From Opitutaceae bacterium (GTDB taxonomy: Bacteria; Verrucomicrobiota; Verrucomicrobiia; Opitutales; Coraliomargaritaceae), in contig JBPOFY010000002.1 in the NCBI GenBank assembly GCA_051252375.1, positions 224,001-288,000 on the forward strand: a stretch of 64,000 nt of DNA, read 5' to 3'. The notes beneath the pieces were generated by a model. The model saw only the letters and a list, made by a program, of their open reading frames with translations. It was not told where the DNA came from and made no database searches. The position numbers were made by a program, and so were the translations under genes. Positions 10,659 to 18,611 of the stretch are shown piece after piece (positions within the stretch are counted from its first letter, which is position 1; each line of letters starts with the position of its first letter).

Positions 10659-11615
10659 TTAAAGTTTGCGGATCGCTCGGAGACGGGAGCTGCGGCTGCG
10701 GGGATTGGTTTTTATTTCTTCTTCGGTCGGCGCGATTGGGCGGGTCGAAATCATTTTGGCGGACTCTACGCGCTCGTCTTGTGTGCGATAGTCGCCGGAG
10801 TGCTCCGGGCGTCCCGCCATCTTGCGGCAAAAGCGTTTAACGATACGGTCTTCTAGGGAATGAAAGCTGATCGCAGCCAAGACCCCTCCGGGTAAGAGGC
10901 GATCGAACGCAGCCGGTAGGCCACGCTCGATCGCGCTCAACTCATCGTTAACCTCAACCCTAATACCCTGAAATGTGCGTGTCGCCGGATGCACGGCTTT
11001 GCGGCCACGTGGTGTCGGTCCCACTGCTTCGCTGACCAATGCCGCCAATGAATGTGTGCGCTGTAGTTGCCCAGTTCCGCGAGCCTTCACAATCGACTCG
11101 ACCACTCGGCGCCAGCGTTTCTCTTCGCCATAATTGCGAACGGCGCGAATTAAAGATTCCTCATCCGCGGTTTCTAAAAAATCGGCGGCACTGATACCAG
11201 TGTCTGGATTCATCCGCATGTCTGTGGGTGCATCTGTGCGAAAGGAAAAGCCACGCTCTGCAGTATCGAGCTGAAAAGAAGAAAGACCGAAATCAAACAA
11301 GATGCCATCAAAGCCAGTCTCATCCAAATCCGCGAGATCACCAAAGTTGATCTGATGAATACGGAAACGATCACCAAACTCAGCCTTCAATACCTTTGAG
11401 CGTTCGATCGCTGCAGGGTCGCGATCCAGTGCCACGACCGTCACGCCATCAGCCGCTTCGAGCATCGCTCGGGTGTGACCACCTCCACCAAATGTGCCAT
11501 CGAGTAACTTCACACCTGCACGCGGAGCCATCAATTCCAGTGTCTCGGCGAGCAAGACTGGAACGTGGCCACTTGAAGCAGCAGGATTTAAAGTATCATC
11601 GATCGAAGATAACAT
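10659..11615 (-). CDS. rsmH: 16S rRNA m4C1402 methyltransferase
   Basis: HVPVLL, DGTFGGGGH, GLSSFQLD..ERGFSF, ISFHSLEDRIVK, NPRSRS; likely start MLSSIDD at 11615 rather than 11816. Confidence 0.95.
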   Translation of the reverse strand: MLSSIDDTLNPAASSGHVPVLLAETLELMAPRAGVKLLDGTFGGGGHTRAMLEAADGVTVVALDRDPAAIERSKVLKAEFGDRFRIHQINFGDLADLDETGFDGILFDFGLSSFQLDTAERGFSFRTDAPTDMRMNPDTGISAADFLETADEESLIRAVRNYGEEKRWRRVVESIVKARGTGQLQRTHSLAALVSEAVGPTPRGRKAVHPATRTFQGIRVEVNDELSAIERGLPAAFDRLLPGGVLAAISFHSLEDRIVKRFCRKMAGRPEHSGDYRTQDERVESAKMISTRPIAPTEEEIKTNPRSRSSRLRAIRKL

Positions 11616-11829
11616 TGAGGCAGTTCTGTATAAAAGTAGGTTTGCGGTTTTGCCGGTGCAGCGCTTGCTCACGGCGCTGTAACGCGCTGCGAACTGAATC
11701 GGTGGAGTAGGAAGGGCTGCGTGGCGGTGAGAGAAAGGTCCAAGATGTGCGTCGCTCACGGCTAGGATGCGTGAGGTAACCGGATGTGCGGAAATTTTCG
11801 CGGGCGATTTTATCAAGAACTCTGGACAT
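11596..11829 (-). CDS. Putative small ORF (77 aa) between mraZ and rsmH
   Basis: ATG 18 nt after the mraZ stop; ends overlapping the likely rsmH start; no recognisable family. Confidence 0.3.
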   Translation of the reverse strand: MSRVLDKIARENFRTSGYLTHPSRERRTSWTFLSPPRSPSYSTDSVRSALQRREQALHRQNRKPTFIQNCLNVIFDR

Positions 11830-11847
11830 AATGATCAGTGGTTATTG

Positions 11848-12309
11848 TTAGAGGCCAAAGCGCTTGAAGACGGCAGCTTGTGCGGCTGGATCAACCGGTG
11901 CCTGCGCTTCAATCGCGTTATAGATTTCTTCACTATAGATACTGAAAGTAGAAAGCTTCCCCAGGAGCACTGCCCCCTTCTCAACCTTCGCATGCTTGAT
12001 CAACTTATCGTTCAAGTTGATGCGACCCTGCTTATCACAGGCAAAGCTGTGCGCCATCGACATGAGATCCTCGATCGCCTTCTGGCCTTCCACATCACCC
12101 AAACTGATTTGCGAAATACGCTCTTCCAACTGAGCGATCATCTTGGGCGGATAAACCGTCACATAACCACTGGGATTCGGAAGTGCCAAAAATGAGTTAT
12201 CCGCCGAATTCACCTCCGGGCGCCACTGCGACGGGATCGTCAGACGACCTTTGTCGTCCAAATTGTGGTGGTGAGTCCCCACAAATAATCCTGTTTTGAG
12301 TAGTGCCAT
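11848..12309 (-). CDS. mraZ: Division/cell-wall cluster transcriptional repressor MraZ
   Basis: [10 protein letters not shown] and DKQGRI SpoVT/AbrB repeats; first gene of dcw. Confidence 0.95.
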   Translation of the reverse strand: MALLKTGLFVGTHHHNLDDKGRLTIPSQWRPEVNSADNSFLALPNPSGYVTVYPPKMIAQLEERISQISLGDVEGQKAIEDLMSMAHSFACDKQGRINLNDKLIKHAKVEKGAVLLGKLSTFSIYSEEIYNAIEAQAPVDPAAQAAVFKRFGL

Positions 12310-12323
12310 ACGAAGTCAGTTTA

Positions 12324-12359
12324 AACCATTTTGCACCATATCGCCCCATTTCACTCCAC
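12324..12359 (-). promoter_or_regulatory. MraZ operator: four RTGGNK repeats with 10-bp period
   Basis: Minus strand reads GTGGAG-N4-ATGGGG-N4-ATGGTG-N4-ATGGTT just upstream of mraZ, matching known MraZ TGG repeats; two more in-phase copies at 12489-12504. Confidence 0.8.
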
Positions 12360-12388
12360 CCGTCAAGGATAAATAAGCACATAATCTT

Positions 12389-12454
12389 TGTGAAAAACTT
12401 GTGGATAAGCGGTTTAAGTAACTTTTTGTTAGCTACTTGAGTGGGTTATTCACA
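12389..12454. promoter_or_regulatory. Three DnaA boxes upstream of dcw
   Basis: TGTGAAAAA 12389-12397, TGTGGATAA 12400-12408 (perfect), TTATTCACA 12446-12454; all fit TTWTNCACA. Confidence 0.65.
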
Positions 12455-12562
12455 GCCCGACAAACCACGAATTAAATCCAAGATCCGCCCCCACTTCGCC
12501 CCATTCGCTCGAAAAATCGTGCGAAAATCGATTTTGCCCACGAAAAAGTCGCCTATAGCACC

Positions 12563-12615
12563 GTGAGACAGGCATTCCTGTCTGTCATTCCCCAATAGAG
12601 GTAGCGGCGGTCGCG
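12563..12615. repeat. REP-like palindrome followed by a truncated GTAG-type REP
   Basis: gtgagacaggcattcctgtctgtcatt (27 bp) is identical to 46993-47019; followed by GTAGCGGCGGTCG as at 52325. Confidence 0.7.
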
Positions 12616-12670
12616 GTGTCTCGGCATAGCCATCGGCGACGACGGATCTCGTCTGCCCTGAGTTGAAGAA

Positions 12671-14026
12671 CTACAGATCCAGTGGACTGACCATTTCCTT
12701 CTTAGTCCGGCTCTTTACCGTGTGGGTGTAGATCATCGTCGTCTTGATGTCCGAGTGTCCGAGCAACTCTTGGATCGAACGGAGGTCAACATTAGCAGCA
12801 AGCAGGTGGCTAGCGAAACTGTGTCGGAAAGTGTGTGCAGTTACCCGTTTAGTCACTTTAGCCTTTTTAGCTGCATTACGAATTTGTTGCCCCAGTAGCT
12901 GCTTGTAATTATGGTAGCGACGGTAGCAACCTTCATCAGGAATCAAAGTCAGCTCCTTCGCAGGAAAAACCCACTGCCATCTAAACTCCTTGGACTCACT
13001 TTGTGCGCGGCGTTTACTGAGTGAATCAGGCATGAAGACGCCCTCAAAATCAGGTGTCTTCAAATCGCGCTCTAACTGTTTGGACACGCGGGCAACCTGC
13101 CGCTTTAAGTCCTTTTTTAGTTTTTGCGGCATAGGCACCGACCGATCCTTTTTTCCTTTGCCGTCGTGGACGATTACCAGGTCTTCCTCAAAATCTAGAT
13201 CGCCAACTCGAAGGCTCAAGCACTCCGAAAGTCTCAACCCACAGCCATAGAGCATCGAGACGATTAAATCAAAGGGGTAATCTAGTATACCGAGAATTGC
13301 GTCGACTTCAGGCCGCGTCAGCACGGTAGGAATGTATTTACTGGTCTTAGCCCTAACTACACGGTCACCAAGCTCGTATTCGCGCTTGAGGATATGACGG
13401 AAAAGAAAAAGCAAGGCGTTAAAAGCCTGATTCTGTGTTGAAGCCACTACATTATTTTTCACGGCAAGATCCGTCAGGAAATCCTTAGCCACCTCATCGG
13501 TTATCTTTGTAATTGGCATGTGATCGGCGTATTCCCCGAATCGCTTTACCCACATCACATAGGTGCTCAGCGTTTTCTTTGAGTAATTTCGCCGAGTGAT
13601 CTCACCCTCCACTGCCCGGACTGTTGCGGTCCAATCGCCGTTCATAGTGGCATTCTTTGGTTCTGGTGACGATTTCCGTGGAACCTGGACAACTTTCGCC
13701 GTCACCTGGGACTTTACAGGAGTATGAATTGTAGTTTTCGGAGCCGCGCTATTAGCTTCTGCAGATTCCGGCTGACTCAGTTCTAGGTAGATGGCAACGG
13801 CCTTGCGCGCCTGAGCGCACAGACCTTCCGATTGCCCTTTGCTAGATAGCTTCGCGATGAATGCGTTTATTAGATCCTGACCCTGTCGCCCCGCTCCATG
13901 CTTTGACTCAAAATCCAGAAAATACCGAACCCACTTCACATAATGATGCTTTTGATGCGCCGGAATACTCAAAGAGTCCAAGCGTGAATGATACTGCTTA
14001 AAGTCATCAATTGGTAGTTTATTCAT
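12671..14026 (-). CDS. intI: Integron integrase (tyrosine recombinase) with N-terminal extension
   Basis: Catalytic residues intact: GLRLSE, GKGKKDR, HTFRHSFA, LLGH, TMIYTH; integron-specific insert WQWVFPA..RRYH; divergent from the attC array. Confidence 0.96.
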   Translation of the reverse strand: MNKLPIDDFKQYHSRLDSLSIPAHQKHHYVKWVRYFLDFESKHGAGRQGQDLINAFIAKLSSKGQSEGLCAQARKAVAIYLELSQPESAEANSAAPKTTIHTPVKSQVTAKVVQVPRKSSPEPKNATMNGDWTATVRAVEGEITRRNYSKKTLSTYVMWVKRFGEYADHMPITKITDEVAKDFLTDLAVKNNVVASTQNQAFNALLFLFRHILKREYELGDRVVRAKTSKYIPTVLTRPEVDAILGILDYPFDLIVSMLYGCGLRLSECLSLRVGDLDFEEDLVIVHDGKGKKDRSVPMPQKLKKDLKRQVARVSKQLERDLKTPDFEGVFMPDSLSKRRAQSESKEFRWQWVFPAKELTLIPDEGCYRRYHNYKQLLGQQIRNAAKKAKVTKRVTAHTFRHSFASHLLAANVDLRSIQELLGHSDIKTTMIYTHTVKSRTKKEMVSPLDL

Positions 14027-14159
14027 AATATCTCAAAATTACATATCACCCCAAATGGAATGATATGTAATTAGGGAAACCCCGTTGTCTATCCTAAAAG
14101 CGTTTGACAATGCAAAGTTTTGGAAGAATATCTCAAAATTACATAATAACTTGTTGGGC
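14027..14159 (+). mobile_element. attI site and intI/cassette promoter region
   Basis: Core G/TTGGGC at 14153-14159 complements GCCCAAC at the end of cassette 1; 19-bp direct repeat 14027-14045/14127-14145; TTGACA at 14104. Confidence 0.8.
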
Positions 14160-14166
14160 AGAAGAA

Positions 14167-14634
14167 ATGGAAATTAAAAACACAGATCTCAAAAGCTTGC
14201 TAGGCGGGTTTGGCACACAAGCTGAGAGCCAAGTCAACGTAAGTGAACTAGAGAAAGAACTGAAAGTGCAATTTCCACAGGCCTACAAAGAAATCCTAAT
14301 CTTCGGAGAGGAACTACACTTAGGCCCCATAGAAGGAAGGAAAACGAAGGGCATACACGTCAACTTCCATGCGATCTCCACTCCACACTTTGAACATGTG
14401 AGCCAAACTGTGAGGGAAGCTTACGAAGAGCTTCTTGACGACAACTCAAACTGGGACAGAATCATACCTATTGCAGATACAGGTTGCGGTGATCAGCTTT
14501 GCTTAGACTACCGAAACTCCATGAACCCTTTAGTCTTACTTTACCACATCGACATGATTTCTGAAGAGAATCCGTTCACCATTGAAGCGGAATCGATGGA
14601 TGACCTTGTATCGAGAGCATCAACACCAAACTAA
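14167..14634 (+). CDS. Cassette 1: SMI1/KNR4 (SUKH) family immunity-type protein
   Basis: ELEKELKVQFPQAYKE and IIPIADTGCGDQLCLDYR motifs; ATG 14167 lies inside the cassette boundary. Confidence 0.8.
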   Translation: MEIKNTDLKSLLGGFGTQAESQVNVSELEKELKVQFPQAYKEILIFGEELHLGPIEGRKTKGIHVNFHAISTPHFEHVSQTVREAYEELLDDNSNWDRIIPIADTGCGDQLCLDYRNSMNPLVLLYHIDMISEENPFTIEAESMDDLVSRASTPN

Positions 14635-14707
14635 GCCCAACCAGACGGAGCTATCAACTCCGTTCGCTCGTCCCTCACTCACTACTTGATAGTCCTCCAC
14701 GTTGGGT
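14635..14707 (+). mobile_element. attC1
   Basis: GCCCAAC...ggagctatcaa/ttgatagtcctcc...GTTGGGT. Confidence 0.9.
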
Positions 14708-14714
14708 AAAAAAA

Positions 14715-15164
14715 ATGAAATCCATCTACACATTGATCTCGATTACAATCCTCACACTGCTTTCGGGATGCTTAGATTTCGGTGACGACATTGAATTAAA
14801 GAATGGTCAGATTAATCAATCTAATCTTGATCAAATAACCCAAATCACAGGGATCATATTTCCAGCGGGAACAAGAGGGGGAAACTACTTCTACTACGGC
14901 TCGGGAGTCGACGATGCGCTATGGCTCAAGGCATCTATTCCCAAAGAAAAGAAAGCTGAATTCCTGAAGAATGAAATCTTCACACACCCAGATGAAAAGC
15001 TCAACTACAGCATGAAATTAGATCGCGACTGGTGGCAGATAAAAAACCTTAATGCCCCATCACACTATTCAACAGAAATAAACCAGAATACAGACTTTCT
15101 AGGTTGCAGCATTGGAACCGAATCTGAAGAAGTGACCATCTATCTACACTGGTTTAGCACATAA
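14715..15164 (+). CDS. Cassette 2: hypothetical lipoprotein
   Basis: Lipobox LLSGC; bounded by GTTGGGT/ACCCAAC. Confidence 0.8.
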   Translation: MKSIYTLISITILTLLSGCLDFGDDIELKNGQINQSNLDQITQITGIIFPAGTRGGNYFYYGSGVDDALWLKASIPKEKKAEFLKNEIFTHPDEKLNYSMKLDRDWWQIKNLNAPSHYSTEINQNTDFLGCSIGTESEEVTIYLHWFST

Positions 15165-15174
15165 AAAACAGATG

Positions 15175-15242
15175 ACCCAACCAGTCGGCATATGACAATA
15201 GATTTCGCTGGCGCTCATCTATGCATAGCCTCTACGTTAGCA
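15175..15242 (+). mobile_element. attC2
   Basis: ACCCAAC...ggcatatg/catagcc...GTTAGCA. Confidence 0.9.
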
Positions 15243-15255
15243 TTAAAATAAATAC

Positions 15256-16113
15256 ATGGCATTTTCAGCAACAGTTTACCGAATTCTCGTCGCTTCGCCT
15301 GGAGACGTTGGCGAAGAGCGGGATATCATCCCCGAAGTCATAAACGAATGGAACGCAGTTTCATCTTTCGCGACAAAAATAATTTTAATGCCGCTAAAGT
15401 GGGAGTCACATTCGTCGCCACTACTTGGTGGTAGGCCGCAGGAGATAATTAACGAGCAAATCGTCAAAGATGCGGATCTTCTTGTTGGAGTCTTCTGGAC
15501 TCGAATGGGAACGCATACAGGAAAAGCTGTGAGCGGAACTGCGGAAGAGATTCAGCAGTTCGTAGACGCCGAAAAGCCTGTAATGCTTTATTTCTCACAA
15601 TCACCAATCGATCCTGACAAAATTGAAATCGATCAGTTTACTGCACTCAAAAAGTTCAAAGACAAAATGAGACTTAAGGGGTTAACGGAGACTTACTCAG
15701 GGACAATCGACTTCAGGCAACGCTTCACACGGCAGTTGGCAATCAATTTAAATAATCTAATAGATTCCCTTGCGGAAAAGGAGAAAAAGAAGGGCAAACA
15801 ACCTTCGAGAAAAGCAACAACGCTGAAGAAAGAAGCAGTTAAGTCCTTGACCTCTGTTTCAGAGGAAGAAGCAAACAGCTATCTGTTACAGGCGATTGAG
15901 GCTACCTCACGAGACGACGGATGGGCTGATCTCACTGCATTTTCAATCTACTTAAATACCTACACACCCGTTAACTATAAAGATTTCGGATTTAAAAAAC
16001 TAAAGCCTTTTCTGGATTCTACGAAATTGTTCAAATTTAAACAGATCACACCGACCCATCAGGAAATCGCATTAAAGTTAAGTGAAGAAAAGTCAGCTAA
16101 CCAGCCAGGATAG
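15256..16113 (+). CDS. Cassette 3: DUF4062/TIR-like N-terminal domain plus C-terminal OST-HTH/LOTUS-like domain
   Basis: YRILVASPGDVGEER...DLLVGVFWTRMGT.TG.AVSGTAEEI; C-terminal DDGWADL...YKDFGFKKLKPFL. Confidence 0.7.
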   Translation: MAFSATVYRILVASPGDVGEERDIIPEVINEWNAVSSFATKIILMPLKWESHSSPLLGGRPQEIINEQIVKDADLLVGVFWTRMGTHTGKAVSGTAEEIQQFVDAEKPVMLYFSQSPIDPDKIEIDQFTALKKFKDKMRLKGLTETYSGTIDFRQRFTRQLAINLNNLIDSLAEKEKKKGKQPSRKATTLKKEAVKSLTSVSEEEANSYLLQAIEATSRDDGWADLTAFSIYLNTYTPVNYKDFGFKKLKPFLDSTKLFKFKQITPTHQEIALKLSEEKSANQPG

Positions 16114-16149
16114 GCAACGCCGTTGGCGCGCCTACCTTTGACGATCTAC
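16095..16149 (+). mobile_element. attC3 (short; R' core GAT)
   Basis: AGCTAAC...aggataggc/gcctacct...ttgac GATCTAC. Confidence 0.85.
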
Positions 16150-16157
16150 AGAAATAA

Positions 16158-16448
16158 ATGAAAGCACCTTTAGACAGTTTAAGCCAAGATGAGTTGATCG
16201 TGCTCTTTGAGTGGCTGAGCGAAAATGAAGAAAAGGAACAAGTCACGATTTCAGACATTTCAGAGCTAATCGTCCTAGATCGAATCCATGGGATTCTCGA
16301 AAAAGAATTAGCAGAGCCATTCGATAGCGATTGGGGTGACATCCTTGGAGGAGCAAAATTCAGGATAAAAAAGGAATTTGAAGATAAGATGGGGACTGAA
16401 ACTTGGCTCCATGAACTGTCGAAAAAACACAACCAACAGACCAAATGA
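16158..16448 (+). CDS. Cassette 4: acidic hypothetical protein (96 aa)
   Basis: ORF bounded by GATCTAC/GTAGATC. Confidence 0.75.
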   Translation: MKAPLDSLSQDELIVLFEWLSENEEKEQVTISDISELIVLDRIHGILEKELAEPFDSDWGDILGGAKFRIKKEFEDKMGTETWLHELSKKHNQQTK

Positions 16449-16451
16449 AGC

Positions 16452-16517
16452 GTAGATCCAGGCAGGATAGGACAATTCCGTTCGTGCCTCACTCCATGCC
16501 TACCTTTGACGTTGGCT
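16452..16517 (+). mobile_element. attC4 (R'' GTAGATC)
   Basis: GTAGATC cagg caggatagg...cctacct ttgac GTTGGCT. Confidence 0.85.
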
Positions 16518-16526
16518 AATTAAATA

Positions 16527-17726
16527 ATGAAAGAAAAATTTCCAGGTCACTTCAAATTATCAGACGAAGAAATTCGAAACATGTGGGAGGATGGAATTTT
16601 CGTCTTGGACGCTAATATACTTCTGAATCTCTATCGCTATTCAGATGACACAAGAAGGCAGTTCCTGAAGATCCTGCGTCGTCTCAAGAGTCGTGTTTGG
16701 ATTCCACATCAAGCCGCCAAAGAATACCTAAAGAACAGATTAGGAGTGATTGGGCAGCAAGAGAAGGCCTATGAACAGACCATTGATGCGATCGGAAAAA
16801 TCGAGACCGACCTCAAGAGCAAAAGGCAGCACCCTTTTCTTTCAGACAAATCACTTGAAAGCCTGTGCAAGAGTTTTGATGCCGTTAAGAAGGAATTAGA
16901 CAAAAGCAAGTCGAGCCATACTACTCTTATCGCTGATGATAAGATCTTAGACTCTATTGAAAGGCTTATTGGTGGCAGAATTGGTGATGGGTTCGACGAG
17001 AAGGTTTTAGAGTCTATAGCTAAAGAGGGAGAGACCCGATATGCATCGAACATTCCTCCAGGGTATAAGGATGCATCGAAGAAATCAGAAGGAGACCCCT
17101 ATCGTAAATTTGGAGATCTAATCATTTGGAAAGAGGTGATAGAAAAGGCCAAATCTGAGAACAAAAATATAATACTCGTCTTAGACGATAAGAAAGAAGA
17201 TTGGTGGCTTAAGTTCCAAGGCAACACCATTGGCCCACAACCCGAACTCACAGAGGAATTTATTAAGGAGACTGGTCAGAAGTTTCACATGTATGTCGCA
17301 GACAGATTTTTAGCCTACGCTGGTGAGTTTCTTCAAGAAGACGTTTCCGTTCCAGCTCTTGAGGAACTCAAGAAATTGCGAGAACTTGAGGAATTTAAAA
17401 ATCGAAGAAAACGTGAGATGATGCGCAGAAGGCGCATGAAGGAGCGTAACCAAATGCTCAGAGAAGAGCTACCTGAGATTGAAGCCGAGCTATCGATGCT
17501 AAAGCAACAGCGAAGATTCTTTGATGATGAGATGAAGCACCTTCATGAAAACAACCCTGAAAGAGCTAATCACGAGTTTAGGAGGTCTAGAGAGAGAGTA
17601 ATCGAATTAGAGGAAAGAGAGATGATGCTTAAAGAAAAGATGCATCACATAATGTCGGAGCTATCAGATCTTGAAAGCTACGAAGAAAAACGAGAGCCAA
17701 CAAGGCGATGGAGGACAACGATTTAG
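16527..17726 (+). CDS. Cassette 5: PIN-like domain protein (PIN_8/DUF4935 type) with coiled-coil tail
   Basis: FVLDANILLNLYRYS, IPPGYKD, GDLIIWKE, DDKKEDWW. Confidence 0.8.
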   Translation: MKEKFPGHFKLSDEEIRNMWEDGIFVLDANILLNLYRYSDDTRRQFLKILRRLKSRVWIPHQAAKEYLKNRLGVIGQQEKAYEQTIDAIGKIETDLKSKRQHPFLSDKSLESLCKSFDAVKKELDKSKSSHTTLIADDKILDSIERLIGGRIGDGFDEKVLESIAKEGETRYASNIPPGYKDASKKSEGDPYRKFGDLIIWKEVIEKAKSENKNIILVLDDKKEDWWLKFQGNTIGPQPELTEEFIKETGQKFHMYVADRFLAYAGEFLQEDVSVPALEELKKLRELEEFKNRRKREMMRRRRMKERNQMLREELPEIEAELSMLKQQRRFFDDEMKHLHENNPERANHEFRRSRERVIELEEREMMLKEKMHHIMSELSDLESYEEKREPTRRWRTTI

Positions 17727-17762
17727 GCTGCGCCTAAATCGTGCCTCATCTCGACGATTCTG
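17695..17762 (+). mobile_element. attC5 (R' core GAT)
   Basis: AGCCAAC...gatggagg..acgatttagg/cctaaatcgt..cctcatc tcgac GATTCTG. Confidence 0.88.
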
Positions 17763-17804
17763 CGAAAAAATGAGAAGCTAATCTGGAGACAAAACTAAAC
17801 TAAA

Positions 17805-18473
17805 ATGAACAATCTAACTATATCATCAGACACAAAAGGCGTTAGTTTAGCACTTGGCGACCTTTGCAATATCTTTTCACAAATTGAAGCCTTATCGATC
17901 GCCTGCCACGAATATGAGACTCGTCACCATTATTCCGAATATAAGGAAAGGCACATCGAATTACCACTGACCCAAGGATTAGTGGCCGCATGCCTAGACT
18001 CGTATTTCAACGGATACTTCAGGATTTCGAATTTATATAACGGCCTCCATAGGGAGTATGAGTATCGGCAGTTTGGAACTGAAAATGGCCAAGCTTCGAT
18101 TGCACAAATCAGAATTTACAATCAGGTGCTGATCAATCGAACCATTCAACCGAAGAGCTATTCAAGGTCCGGTGTAGAGTATTTTACTTACAAGAACCCG
18201 ATAAAGGTCAAGCTAACTACAAAGGGGACAATAAAAGCGCTAGCAGTTGCCGTCATCATTTGCGGGGGAGAGATAGATCTGAAAAGCGGTAAGGCCAAGA
18301 TGCCAGGATTAATATCAGCTGTTGAGAGGTTAGCAGAACTTTCTATTAAGCTTGAACAAAATGAATCAAGCCCATCGACAGAAGACCTCTCAGAATATCC
18401 ATTTCCATCCCCGATTAAAGATTACGTCGAATCACTGCCTTATGATGACTATGATCTGCTAAAAGAAGACTAA
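17805..18473 (+). CDS. Cassette 6: hypothetical protein
   Basis: 222-aa ORF between attC5 and attC6. Confidence 0.7.
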   Translation: MNNLTISSDTKGVSLALGDLCNIFSQIEALSIACHEYETRHHYSEYKERHIELPLTQGLVAACLDSYFNGYFRISNLYNGLHREYEYRQFGTENGQASIAQIRIYNQVLINRTIQPKSYSRSGVEYFTYKNPIKVKLTTKGTIKALAVAVIICGGEIDLKSGKAKMPGLISAVERLAELSIKLEQNESSPSTEDLSEYPFPSPIKDYVESLPYDDYDLLKED

Positions 18474-18537
18474 ATTTATTCTCTGAGAGAGCTAAACGAT
18501 TACTTAGATTATCAAAAAAATCCTAGACATATTGATC

Positions 18538-18609
18538 GCAGAACCAGACGGAGTGAGACAACGACATTACGGCTCCGCCTCCATGTCGCGCTCATCCTCC
18601 ACGTTCACA
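18538..18609 (+). mobile_element. attC6
   Basis: GCAGAAC cagac ggagtgag..cgacat/atgtcg..ctcatcc tccac GTTCACA. Confidence 0.88.
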
Positions 18610-18611
18610 GA

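Noticed and set aside
11616..11816. 67-aa N-terminal extension of RsmH
   Set aside because: Non-ATG start, and RsmH similarity begins near HVPVLL; start at 11615 preferred
12380..12460. oriC
   Set aside because: Only three DnaA boxes, no clear AT-rich unwinding element and no dnaA/dnaN nearby; not excluded without GC-skew analysis
14027..14152. LexA/SOS box at the intI promoter
   Set aside because: No TGTTC-N4-GAACA or CTGT-N8-ACAG match found by eye
14104..14166. ORF-track start at 14104 for cassette 1
   Set aside because: It lies upstream of the attI crossover at 14153; ATG 14167 is inside the cassette
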